Part shown: piece by piece, positions 12,990 to 25,345 of the stretch
How positions within the stretch are numbered: position 1 is the first letter of the stretch
Layout: every line of letters begins with the position of its first letter
Source: Hemiscyllium ocellatum
Taxonomy: Eukaryota
Assembly (NCBI RefSeq): GCF_020745735.1
Contig: NC_083448.1
Location: 496,001 to 560,000, forward strand
Reading direction: 5' to 3'
DNA length: 64,000 bases
Made by a program: the position numbers and the translations under genes
Notes under the pieces: generated by a model
What the model was told of the DNA's origin: nothing
What the model saw: only the letters and a program-made list of their open reading frames with translations
Database searches by the model: none

Positions 12990-14225
12990 GGCATACTTAA
13001 ACTACTGGACCTGTGTCTCACAAGATACTTCACATTCAACAACCAGATATGCAAACAAATCAACGGAACACACATGGGCGGCACGGTGGCACAGTGGAAC
13101 AGTGGTTAGCACTCATGCCTCACAGCGCCTGTAGACCCGGGTTCAATTCCCGACTCAGGCGACTGACTGTGTGGAGTTTGCACGTTCTCCCCGTGTCTGC
13201 GTGGGTTTCCTCCGGTGCTCCGGTTTCCTCCCAGTCCAAAGATGTGCGGGTCAGGTGAACTGGCCATGCTAAATTGCCCATAGTGTTAGGTAAGGGTAAA
13301 TGTAGGCGTATGGGTGGGTTGCGCTTCGGCGGGTCGGTGTGGACTTGTTGGGCCGAAGGGCCTGTTTCCACACTGTAAGTCTAATCTATTCTAATCTCTG
13401 GACTCCTAGCAGAAGCAGTAATGCAAAGGTTAGAATAAACAGTCTGACCACAAATTCAACCCAAACTCTGGATCTGATACGTGAATGACACCTTTGTTCT
13501 CACTAACAACACAGAAATAGAGAACACACACCGGATCATCAACGCCACACTCACAGGAATCCGATTCACGAAAAAGGAAGAAAATGACAATCAACTCCCA
13601 TTATTAGACGTGATGGTGCAGAGAACACCGAATGGAGAATTCAGCACAAAGGCATACAGGAAAGCCACACACACAGGCCAAGTCCTGAACTATGAAAGGA
13701 ACCACCGCAACACACACAAAAGAAGTTGCATCGAGACACTATTCAAAAGAGCCACAACACACTGCAGCACACCAGAACTGCAAAAATAGTAACAAGAACA
13801 CCTATACAATGTATTCGCCAAAATCTGATACCCGTGCAATTTCATCAATAGATGCCTAAGGGAAAGACAATGGAACATGCCGCAACCCAAAGGACTCGCC
13901 ACACTACCATACATCTGGAGCATTTCCGAACTGACAGCCAGAATACCGCGACATCTATGACTCATAACAGCACACAAACCAACAGCCAGTCTCATACAAC
14001 AACTCACCAGAGCGAAGGACCTGACACCCAGCATGAGCAAAACCAATGCAGTATACAAAATCCCATGCAAGGACTGCACAAAACACTGCATAGGACAAAC
14101 AGGAAGACAGCTAACGATCCGCATTGAAGAACACCAACTAGCCACGAAATGACACGACCAGCTATCCTTAGTAGCCACACACGCAGATGGCAAGCAACAT
14201 GAATTCGACTGGGACAATACCACTC
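12990..14225 (+). mobile_element. Penelope-like element, RT C-terminal half plus GIY-YIG endonuclease (decayed), split by a SINE
   Basis: LLDLCL..FTFNNQ...INGTHMG before the SINE and SGLLAEAVMQRL after it. ORF 13481 has LPLLDVMV...YRKATHT. AVYKIPCKDC...IGQTGR (GIY-YIG) near 14050. Confidence 0.88.
13076..13396 (+). mobile_element. HE1-type V-SINE (tRNA-derived head, CR1-like 3' end)
   Basis: GGCACGGTGGCACAGTGG A-box, GGTTCAATTCC B-box, V-domain GTGTGGAGTTTGCACGTTCTCCCCGTGTCTGCGTGGGTTTCC, and GGGCCGAAGGGCCTGTTTCC...CTAAT tail. Confidence 0.93.
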
Positions 14226-14229
14226 TGAT

Positions 14230-17121
14230 ATACTGTTTCAATCCCTCAGCCTTTCAGGATTAAAAACGTCTGTCTGAGCGGCTCCCTCTTTACGTTGTTC
14301 CTGTGTTATTTCGTAAAACGGTGTCTCCACTAATTGAACCTCAAATCCTTCATCTTTCCATTTAATTCCTGCCTCGTGCTGTGATTAATGATAGTGGAAT
14401 CTGATTGTGAGACATGTTGGAAACATACCAGGATGTTTCTGTCTTAAATCGTCAGTTTCTTGTTCTTCCGTCGGCTTCTACAAAACAAGGGGTGTCACTC
14501 ACACCGTGGACCCTGTTAAATCATTCGAAAGTACAAACTTGATTCCTGGAACTGACACTCTGTCAATCACTCCCACTGTTGTTTCATCAGTCTTGAGATG
14601 AAACTCCAAACTGATCTTACACTGGCGAACTGTAAATTTCTGTCCCACAAATTATCACACTCTCGGGCAACAGATCGGTAAGAGTTGAAATTCGTCATTC
14701 CTTACTAACAGTAACAGGTTAAATCGTGTTTCTCTCAAAATCGTAACCTCTTTCCCTTCATCACACTGTGCTCTCTGAACTTTACCGCAGCAGCAATTTC
14801 TTTATAAACCTGAGGCACTAACTCCATACCCAGCTCCTGTCTCGGCAGTGTACCATCCTGCAGCTCCTCAGCTCTTTTTGGGGATTTCTTTACTACGGTC
14901 ACTAATTTCACTGGTTTAAACTTTTACCTCATCGTTCCCCACAGTACGTTATTTTAACGACGAGCACTGTGACATCACGTGTCCGACTTTCTGGCAATGA
15001 AAACATCTTTTACCAATGTCCTTGTGAAAACACTGCCTCTGTCATCTTCTTTGTCCCATAATGGAAACACCCAAAGCCTCTCACCTCTATTCCACCTCTT
15101 GGGCTTCTTGAATCTTTGCTAAATTCCTAAAAGCGTTGTCTGCCCTTTTTGTTCGTAGTGTGGGATCTCCCCTTCTCCTGACGTTTACCTCTGACAGAAC
15201 GAATTTCTGGTGGAAAGATTTTTGTCCGCACCAACGTGTATTCATCTGCTATTTCTGCAGTCCTTCACTTTTCGTGGAATTTCTGTTCCTCGATGTGAAT
15301 TCTTATAATGTCTGGAATTGAGTTTTCAAACTTCTCCAGCAGAATTATCTCTCTTAGAGATCCATAGGTCGTATCTGTCTTGAAAGGTCGCACCCATCCA
15401 TCAAACGACTCTGTGTAATTCTTTCAAACTCAACATAACGCAAACCTGAATCCTTCTTTGCGTTTCTGAACACTGCCTCTATGCTTTTGGCACCAATTCA
15501 TAAGAAATTAAAATAGTTTGTTTGACCTCCTCATAATCTCTTGACCCCTCATCTGACAGCATGGTAAATACCTGATGTGTTCTGCCAACAGGTTTAGTCT
15601 GAACTGGTATTACCCATTCTTCCACGAACCGCTCCATTTGCTTCACTAATTTTTCATATGAAATAAGGAAGGCTTCCACATTTTTGTAATCAAAATGTGG
15701 CAGAGTTTTGACACGTTTGCATGTTACACGACATTCTCATTTTGACTACACCTTGCTACCTTAAGTTGGCTAAGTCGCAAATTATCAAGTTGAAATTTCT
15801 CTCTTTTTCTCATGTAAGATGCTTCTTTCTCTTTTTTGTCTCTTTTTTCTCTCTTTTTGTTTTCTTCTCTTTCTCTTTCTCTCTCCCTTCCTGCTCTCTC
15901 TCTTTGCACAGCTAAGAATACTCTCTCTTTTTGCTCTATCGTTCTCTTTCACTCTTTCTCTTTCTCTCTCCCTTTCTTCAGCTGCGAGAGCCATTTTTCT
16001 CAATTTTAATTTCAGTTTTGTAAACTGCACTGTAATTGTCTGTTTGTCTAAGACTCCTCAGTCTAATTCCCTTTAATTTTTAGCTTTACTTTGCCTTTGG
16101 TTAATCACAAATCTAACCTATATGCTAATTACAAGATTATGTCATTTTTTTTCTTCATTCTAAAATTCTTTGGCAAATTTGAGAGTCATTCTTAAAACAC
16201 AGTCCCTCTTTAGTAATTTTAGCAGCCATTTCTTTCCCTTTTAATTTGTACAACCACGAGTCACCGAAATTAAACAAATTGCTTCACCTTTGTATCTTAA
16301 TGTTCGAGGATACTGACCTGCAAGTGATTAAATTTACTGGACTTTTCTGTAACCCAAATCTGTTCACATCCGTCCAAATCACAGACTGGATTTGTCCGAA
16401 ACTATTCAAATCACAGACAAAAGCTCCCAAACTGTTACGACACAGGTTAACCCCTCTACTTATTTCAAGCAAGAACACGGAATTGTCAAAATTCAAGAGG
16501 CAAAGAACAATCCCAGAGTACAAATATTCAACTTTATTGTTTAAATCCAAGAGAGAATATTAAAACATATTTGCATCTTCATTTCCTTAAACCTACCTGT
16601 TAACTCTCACTCTCCAAAGCAGTCCAATAAAACATCCCGGTTAATACTTGCAAAACATAATAACGTTTCAAAACCAGTCAGCTTTCGCATTTCTCCTTTG
16701 CAGATTTTTCTCTTTAGATTTTCTCCAGGTGAGTTTCGATGTTCTGCTCTGCAAACTTCTTATCGACAGGTACCTTTCCGAAAGTTCTTCAGCGAGCAAT
16801 CCACATTTTTTTGGTATTTGGCAGTTCTCCTTCTAAGTGTTTAAAATTTCCGGTTTATAACACACAACATTTGATCATTTCATTGGTTTTGATATTTTCA
16901 AAATACTAAATTCAAATTGATTGGATTTTGTTTTGTTAGGACATAATTCAAATTGATGGGCAGAATTTGAATTTCATCATGTTTCATGGTAAACAAGATG
17001 CTGCAAATTGTTTCGTCCAAGAGTCATATTGTTACATTTTTCAAGAGTCTCCGCGTTTTGTCGGTCCTTGCGAGCTTTCGAACTCTTATCAAAAATACAG
17101 TACACCTCTAAACCTTCATAA
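14230..17121 (-). mobile_element. Gmr1-type Gypsy 5' portion: LTR (16433-~17121), PBS, gag with CCHC knuckle, protease (decayed)
   Basis: ORF 15479..15679 EAFLISYEK...YEEVKQTILISYELVP. RCFHCQKVGHVMSQC near 14965-15010. EVTILRET protease-like motif near 14730. PBS-like TTGGGAGCTTTTGTC next to the LTR. E/K/R coiled-coil gag N-terminus at 15785-16030. Confidence 0.85.
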
Positions 17122-17124
17122 GAG

Positions 17125-18020
17125 CATAAAAGTGAATAAATCTCTGGGACGTGATCAGTTGGCTCCATGAACTTTGCTGGAAGCTAGGAAAGTGATTGCC
17201 ATGCACATTGCTGACACATTTATGTCATTATTGCCACAAGGCAGGTGCCAAAAGATTGGAATTGTGCTAATGTGATGCCACTACTTATAAAAGTAAGGAA
17301 CTACAGCCCACTGAGCCTGACCTTAACATTGACTCAGTTTTTCATGGAGAATTTTTGAGGGAATGATTTATTTGTAGATGTAGATTTTCCCGTTGAGGTG
17401 ACAGTTTTGCATTCGTATGATTCATCAGCATACCGGGTAACATCAGCAGTATGGTGACTAAACGTGTAAGAAAAAAAATGATGTTCTCTAACTTGGTGAC
17501 AAGAAGTTTGAAACAAAATCTTCAAGCTCAGCGGGCAAACTAACATTCAAAACCTCAACTTGAACGGCACATGTTCTGGAAAATTGGTCGGATTTATATG
17601 AATTTGGAAAAGCAAGGAATAAAGAGACTGTGCTGAGCATTGGAAGATGAAATTTATTTCAGATAAATGTGATGTGTTGCATTTGGTATGCCACATTTGT
17701 TGCATTTGTCACAGCAAGGCAGGGTGGTAAAATAGGAAGTTTCTACGATTGCCTTTGTTGGGCAGTGATTTGAGTTTAAATGTTTCGTTGACACGTTGCA
17801 TCTGTACGGGACATTGGTTCGGCCAGTATTGTAGTAGTGCCTTTAATCCTGGTCTCTCTGCGTTAGGAAAGATATTGATAAACTTGAAATGGAATATAAA
17901 AGTTTCACAAGTATGTTGCTGGTGTTTTAGTCGGGGTGGCTTAGTGGGGTTGAGCTACAGGGAAAGTTGATTAGGCTGGGTTATAATCTCTGGAGTGTTG
18001 AGGCTGAGGAGTGACCAGAG
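17125..18020 (+). mobile_element. Old CR1 LINE fragments
   Basis: KVNKSLGRDQLAP and EDW..ANVMPL-like segments (17125-17330) and a decayed ORF2 C-terminus (17620-18020). Confidence 0.6.
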
Positions 18021-18394
18021 CGGTTTTTTGTGGTGCATCCCGATACTCTTGGGTGAGTAACTCCGAAGGCCACTAAATTATACAGGACAGCTATTCACGT
18101 TAAAAATGGACAACAATTATGGACAACAATGCCGAACTATGCCGATAGATTGGCGAATGGGACTAGCTGGAGGGATTAGAACTTTGAGGATCCAATCACA
18201 AGAATGAGAACAAAAAAGTATTGCCAGATTCTCAATCCACCTCACATTACCATCCTAGATTTTCACAGACAGAGAGAAATAGTAGGGGGTATCAGTTGAT
18301 GTACCAACACACGTAAATGATTTGGGAAATAGAGAAGGGGAGACTAAGAGACAGTGACATCGAAGTATGTGTTCACAGATTTCTGAATGCTGCA

Positions 18395-19612
18395 ATCACT
18401 GACCCCCACAGCTACCTAGACTACACCTCCTCCCACCCTGCCCCCTGTAAAAACGCCATCCTATATACCCAATTCCTTCGTCTCCGCCGCATCTGCTCCC
18501 AGGAGGACCAGTTCTAATACCATATAGCCCAGATGGCCTCCTTCTACAAGGACCCCATATTCCCACCAGACGTGATCAACGATGCTCTCCACCACATCTC
18601 GTCCACTTCCTGCTCCTCCGCCCTTGAGCCCCGCCCCTCCAAACGCCTCCAGGACAGAACCCCACTGGTTCTCACCTACGACCCCACCAACCTCCATATA
18701 CAGCGTATCATCCGCCATCATTTCCGCCACCTCCAAACGGACCCCACCACCAGGGATATATTTCCCTCCCCTCCCCTAGCAGCGTTCGGAAAAGACCACT
18801 CCCTCCGTGACTCCCTCGGCAGGTCCATAACCCCCACCAACCCAACCTCCACTCCCGGCATCTTCCCCTGCAACCACAAGAAATGCAAAACTTGTGCCGA
18901 CATCTCCTCCCTTACTTCACTCCTAGGCCCCAAGGGATCCTTCCTATCCGCCACAAATTCACCTGCACCTCCGCACACATCATCTATTGCATCTGCTGCA
19001 CCCGATATGGCCTCCTCTATGTTGGGGAGACAGGCCGTCTACTTTCAAAACGTCTCAGAGAACACCTCTGGAACACCCGGACCACCAACCCAACCACCCC
19101 GTGGCTCAACACTTTAACTCCCTCCCCCTCCAACTCCACCAAGGACATGCAGGTCCTTGGACTCCTCCATCGCCAGACCATAACAACACGACGGTTGGAG
19201 GAAGAGCGCCTCATCTGCCACCTAGGAACCCTCCAACCAGAAGGGATGAACTCAGATTTCGCCAGTTTCTTCATTTCCCGTCTCCCCACCTTGTCTCAAT
19301 CAAATACCTCGAACTCAGCACCGCCTTCCTAACCTGCAATCTTCTTCCTGACCTCTCCGCCCCCACCCACTCCGGCCTATCACCCTCACCTTGACCTCCT
19401 TCCACCTATCACATCTCCATCGCCCCTCCCCCAAGTCCCTCCTCCCTACCTTTTATCTTAGCCTGCTGGACACACTTTCCTCATTCCTAAAGAAGGGCTT
19501 ATGCCCGAAACGTCGAATCTCCTGTTCCTTTGATGCTACCTGACCTGCTGCGCTTTTCCAGCAACATATTTTCAGCTCTGATCTCCAGCATCTGCAGACC
19601 TCACTTTTTCCT
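18395..19612 (+). mobile_element. Penelope-like element 3' part: RT thumb, GIY-YIG endonuclease, 3' pLTR
   Basis: TDPHSYLDYTSSHP...QFLRLRRICS, then FTCTSAHIIYCICCTRYGLLYVGETGRLL...RLREHL...LGTLQPEGMN. Hammerhead-like CCTAAAGAAGGGCTTATGCCCGAAACGTC at ~19486-19514. Confidence 0.93.
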
Positions 19613-19814
19613 CGAAGCGTTTTAAGTTTTCTGACAGTCATTTTCGACATGTCTTCGCTGTAATGGCGAGTGGATTGGTTTCTGGATGTATTTTCGCTCC
19701 TAGTTGGGTGTGTTGCTGAGAAATCGGAGGACTATGTTCATTGGGTACTCGTTCTTTTGAAGACACTGTTTACACGCTGAACGTATTCTACTATTACCTC
19801 ACAGTGGACATGCA

Positions 19815-21330
19815 GTATAGAATCATAAAGTCACAGAGATGTACACGCAAACAGATCCTTCGTTCTAACGCGTCCATGCCCACTCGAATACTATTTGCCA
19901 GTCTTGGGTCATACTCCTTTCAGCCCTTTCTATTCATATTCCCATCCAGATACCTTTTAAAATTTGCAATTGAAACAGCATCCAACACTTCATGTGGCAA
20001 ATCATTCCATGCACGCACCATTCTCTGAGTGAAAACTTTGCCCCTTAGCTCCTCTCTATTTTTCCCCTCGCACCCGAACGCTATGCCCTCTCGTTCTGCA
20101 CTCCTCCATTCCAGTGAAAAGATTTTGTCCATTTACTCTCTCTATGCCTCATGATTTTAAAAAAAAAGTCCAGATGGTCACCCCTCGTCCTTCCATGTTT
20201 CAGGAAAAGCAGCCCAAGCTTATTCAACCTCACCCTGTAACTCAAATCCTCCAACTCTGGCAATGTCCTTATGAATCTCTTTTGAAACCTTTCAAGTATC
20301 AAAACATTCTTCATATCAGAAAGGGACCAGAATGGTACACAATATTCCAAAACTGAATTAACCAATGTCATGTACAGCTGGAACATGACCTCCCAAAACC
20401 TATACTAAATACTCTGACCAATAATGAAATCACAACAAACGCCTTGTTCAGCACCCAATTTACAAGCGACTCTAATTTCAATGAACAATGAACCTGCATT
20501 CCAAGGTCTCTTTATTCAGCAACACTTTCTAAGAACTTAAACATTAAGTGTATTTGTCATGCTTTGATGTATTTTTCGAACATGCAGCAATTGGCATTTA
20601 TATAAATTTAAAGTTACATCAGCCACTCAACAGCCCATTGGCCCATCTCAGTCCGGTCCCCTTGTAATCTGAGGTAACCTTCTTCATTGTCCGCTACACC
20701 TCCAATTTCAGTGTCATCGGCAAACTTAGTAACAGTACCTCTGATGTTCTCATCCAAATCATTTCTATAAATGATGAAAAGTATAGGATCCCTGAGACGA
20801 TCCTTGATCCGTAACTGATCCTTGTGGCACTGCACTAGTCACAGGCCTCCAAACTGAAAAGCAACACTCTACCACCACCACCACCACCCTCTGACTTCTA
20901 CCAGTTCTTTATCTAAATGGTTAGTTCTCCTTGTATTTCATGATATCTAACCTTAATTGCCAGTACCCCATGACGAACCCTGTCGAAAGATTTACTGAAG
21001 TCCAAAACGATCACGTCCACCATTCTGCCCTCATCAATCATCTTTGTTCCTTCTTCAAGAAATCAAGTTCCTCAGACATGAGTTCCCACCGACAAAGCCA
21101 TGTGGGTGATTCTTTATACGTCCTTTCTTTTCCAAATACTGGAAATCTGTTTCCTCAGTATTACCTCCAACAACTTACCCATCACCGACGTCAGGTATAT
21201 TGTTCCCTGGCTTGTCCTCACCAGCTTTCCTAAATACTTGTACCACGCTATCCAACTCCAATCTTCTGGCATCCATCAAGAAACTATAGATGACAAAAAA
21301 TATCTCAGCAAGTGTCCCAGCAACCACTTC
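19815..21330 (-). mobile_element. Decayed CR1 LINE
   Basis: ORFs 19920..20835 contain LYMTLV..VLEYCVPFWS, TQRMVRAWNDLP and IYRNDL...KFADDT. Confidence 0.9.
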
Positions 21331-21635
21331 CCCTGTAATTTGATCATGATTGCTCCTATGGAGGGAATTCCAGCGACATTAAGAGAATGCTGATATATTT
21401 CAGAGTCAGGATGGATGAGTTGTTGTGGAGAAATGAAATATTGTGGTCCTCGCTTTCGAAGCAGACCTATGAGGATTTTTGGTGAATTTCTGGAATGAAT
21501 CTTGAAGATATTAGACACTGTTGCTGATAAATGTTGGTTGTGGAGGAGGTGCATACTTGTGAATCTAATACCCATCGATCCGCTTACTTATTCCTGAATG
21601 GTGTTGAGCCTAAATTGTGTATTTGAATTTGAACC

Positions 21636-22268
21636 TGTTATGGACCATGTCAGGATACATCGCAATATTTCACGAAGTTAGTCTATACCATCGCTTTTCG
21701 AATTATTTTCACTATATCTGTCGTGGATATTTCAGAAGTGTCACATCTGGTCTAATCCCTCTGTTTTATACAAAACAAAATTCTTTACAGAGTACGAAAT
21801 GAAACACAAACAAACGAGAACGCAATGCAGAATGACTTAACCGATACGAAACCACAACAGACTACTTCAACTTAGTACTTTTTCTTCCCTCAGATCGGTG
21901 CAGTATTCCGAATAAGCTACAATCAAACACAGAGGATTGCACGGGAGAGATGGCAGAGTGATTCAGCATAGAACACCTTATTTCATGTCACCGTTCCTTT
22001 AACCTGCAGCCACGCAAACCTGACTGCTTTCAAAAGCAAACCAGATAGAAGAAAAGCTGATCTGAAAGGACTGGCTGCTCCGCTTTCCATGCACAAGTGA
22101 TTGTCTTTACACTTGAAAGCCTTTCCTTCTGAGGCAGCATCTATTAGCTATAATCAAATTTACCCTAAAACCTATCCAGACTTGACATTGCGGACCTCTG
22201 CCAATACGATCTTTCCGAAACAAAACCCAAGGACAACTTAACCTTGTTAAAGGAGTAGCATCATCACA
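21636..22268 (-). repeat. 3' LTR of the Gmr1-type element
   Basis: Starts TGTTATGGACCATGTCAGG, ends CATCACA, adjacent to the PPT. Alignable by eye with 29368-30135. Confidence 0.8.
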
Positions 22269-23823
22269 GCTCCTCCCTGATAAAAACGATACAACAATAT
22301 CAGAAGATGGCTTCATTTTAAAACACATTAATCTTTAATTCTCATTGCACTGCAGCATTCATATACATGACATTGGCTTCAAACATGCAAACATGCACAC
22401 TAAATTCGATTGCAATCTGCTATATTCTTGTCATCGAAGTCTCATTGTCATCCAAGTCTCGGAATCACGTCGCCACTCACGTTTTTTAGTCCTCCACATG
22501 CACAATCTTCAAATTGAGTGAATGTAACGACAAGCTCCAACTAACCAGTATGGAATGTTTGTCTTTATGTTTCTCCACAAAATTCAATGAGTTATTATTC
22601 GTGTATATGATTGTCTCAGATACATTACAGGTAGCATAAACATTTAAAAAATTATAATGCCAACCCCAAGCTCAAAGTCTGCTTCTCAACTGTCGAATAT
22701 TCCTGCTGATGAATGTTCAACTTCTTTAGAAATGCTTGATAGGTCTTTTCGTTTTCTCGTTGTCTTCTGACGTGAACACTGCACTGAATCCCACAACACT
22801 CGCATCAATAGCTACCTTGAATGGCTTTGAATTAATTTGTCTGGCTCAAACTGAGGCAGAGGTTCACACACCTTTTAGGCTGTCAAATGCCTTCTGACAG
22901 TTCGCTTTTCGCTGAAACCCATGGCCTTTCTTTTGCAATTCAGTGTGTGGAGCAGCCACACTGCTAACATTTGATATAAATTTTCAATGAAATCCAATCA
23001 GTTTCACTGCTCGATACGATGGAAAATCTCCCACTTACCTTTACTTTTCGTCCTGTGTGTCCATTTGTCCGTGAACAATAACATGGTCTAGGAAGATGCT
23101 TTTGGCTTTGAAAAATTCATTTTTACCAAGGTGAAAACCGAGCCTAAATAACGAAGTCAATCGAACAATTTTGATAAATGTTACAAATAATTCTTCCATG
23201 TCTGAAGGAAAGTTACCACATCATGTATATGTATGAGGCACAATTTGGTAATCCAGAAACGATCTTTTTGGTTAATCCCTGAAATATGTCAGGCACATTA
23301 TTTGGTACCAAATAGCATGACTTTGAATCGATATAGAAAATTCAACATTACAAAAGCTGAAACTTTCTTCAGTCTTTTGGAAAAGATAGTTGTCATTGTC
23401 CTTTGAGCAAGTCCAGTTGAGAAATATGTTTGTCCAACCTTTTCAAACACAGAGTCGGATATCCAACAGTCTTCGTAACTACATTGACTTTGCAATCGCT
23501 CATTCATTACAGTCAGATACCATATGATTTCGACACTATTAATATGGATGTGTTCCAATCACTTTAACTCAATTGGATTATTCCGTCTTGGAGGATGAAT
23601 TCGATCTCCTGTGCCATATTGAGTGTATTATGCTGAATTGGAACAGTATCTCTTACATCCACACCATGCATAATCAGGTTAGTACATCCAATCTTATTTC
23701 AACATCTACCTATTCGACACTATGTGCTCTTGCAGGGCAAATCGATTTTTTTCTCTGGAAAGTAACTTATTATTTTATCCTAATTTTTGACATCTTCCTT
23801 ATTGCCCAATTTAATGTGAGGTA

Positions 23824-25345
23824 TAGAACACAGAACATAGAACAGTACAGCACAGTACAGGTTTTTCGGTCATCGATGTTATGACAACCTTTTCTCCTAC
23901 AAGCAGATCAAACTAACTTACATACGCTTCATTGTACTTTCTTCCATGTGCCTATCCAAGAGTCGATAAATGTCCCTAATGTATCTTACACAAAGAATAC
24001 AACTAGTAGTGGATTCAATACACCCACCACTCCTTGTGTAAAGAACCTACATCTGACATCTCCCGTAAGCATCTCTGCAATTACCTTAAGTTATGTCCCC
24101 CAGTGATCGACATTTCTGCCCGGAGAAGGAAATCTCTGACTATCAGTTTTATCTATGATTCTCATCATCTCACACACTTCCATCAGGCCAACGCTCATCC
24201 TTCTTCAATCTAGTGACAAAAGATCCAGTTACCTGAACCTTTCTTCATAAGACATGCATTACAATCCGGACAGCTTCCCAGCAAAACTCCTCTGCACCAT
24301 CGTGAAAGCTTCCACATACTTCCTATAATGCAGCGACCAGACTGAACCCAAAATTGTTAGTGTGGTCTAACCAGGGCTTTACAGAGCTGGAGAATAACCT
24401 CGTGTCACTTAAACCCCGTCCCCCTCGCTAATGAAAGCCAACACACAATATGCCTTATTTGCAACTCGGTCAACTTGGCTGGCAACTTTGACATGGATGC
24501 CAACGTCGCACTGTTACACCACACAGTCAAGTATCCTGCCTTAAGCGTAAATTCAACATTCAAATTTGTCCTTACTTATCCAGGTTGAACTCTCCAATTG
24601 CCACTTATCAAACGAGTTCTACATCCTGTCAATGTGCCGTTGCAACCAACAAGTGGTTTTCAGACTATCAACCATTCCAACAAACATCGTTTTTTTCGGC
24701 ATCCTGGCTAACTCAACCTTTCAATTACTTATCCAAGTCATTTGCAAAAATCACAATCAGCAGAGGTTCCAAAAACGACTCCTGAAGAACACCACTGGTT
24801 ACCAACTCCAAGGCTGAATACTTTGAATTTACAACCACGCTCAGTCTGCTATGAACCAGCCAATGCTGATTTCCCTACATCGCATGCCTCCTTACTTTTC
24901 GAATGAGCCTACGAATGGGAACCTTTTTACACGCCTTCTTAAAATCAGTGGTCGCCATATCCACTGCCCTACTTTCGTAAATGTGTTTTCTCATCCTCAA
25001 AGAATTCAATAAGGTTTGTGAGGCATGACCTGCCTCTCAGAAGGCCATGGCGAATATATCTAATCAAGTTATCGCTTTATAAACAATCAGAAATTCTTTC
25101 TCAAAATGCTCTCTATTAATTTGCCTATCACATACATAACGGTGATTGATCTGTCATTCTCAAGAATAATCTGTTCCCTTTCTTGAACAAGGAATGTAAT
25201 TTGTCAACCACCAATTATCTGGAAATCCTCCAGTGAACAGTGAGTACGCAAAGATCATTGCCAAAGGTTTTGCAATCTCTTCCCTCGTATCCTGCATTAA
25301 CCTTAGCTATATCCCGAATGGCCCAGGGGACTTACGCATATCAAA
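23824..25345 (-). mobile_element. Decayed CR1 LINE nested in the Gypsy pol
   Basis: TAGAACACAGAACATAGAAC tail at 23824. RT-like AAGAATTCAATAAGGTTTGTGAGGCATGACC near 25000. Confidence 0.88.

Noticed and set aside
13076-13155. tRNA gene (A and B boxes)
   Set aside because: It is the tRNA-derived head of a SINE, followed by the V-domain and LINE-like tail, and has no complete cloverleaf.
15724-16030. E/R/K-rich coiled-coil ORFs as a cellular protein
   Set aside because: This is the low-complexity N-terminal part of the Gypsy gag. Similar tracts occur near 28800-28990 and 37100.
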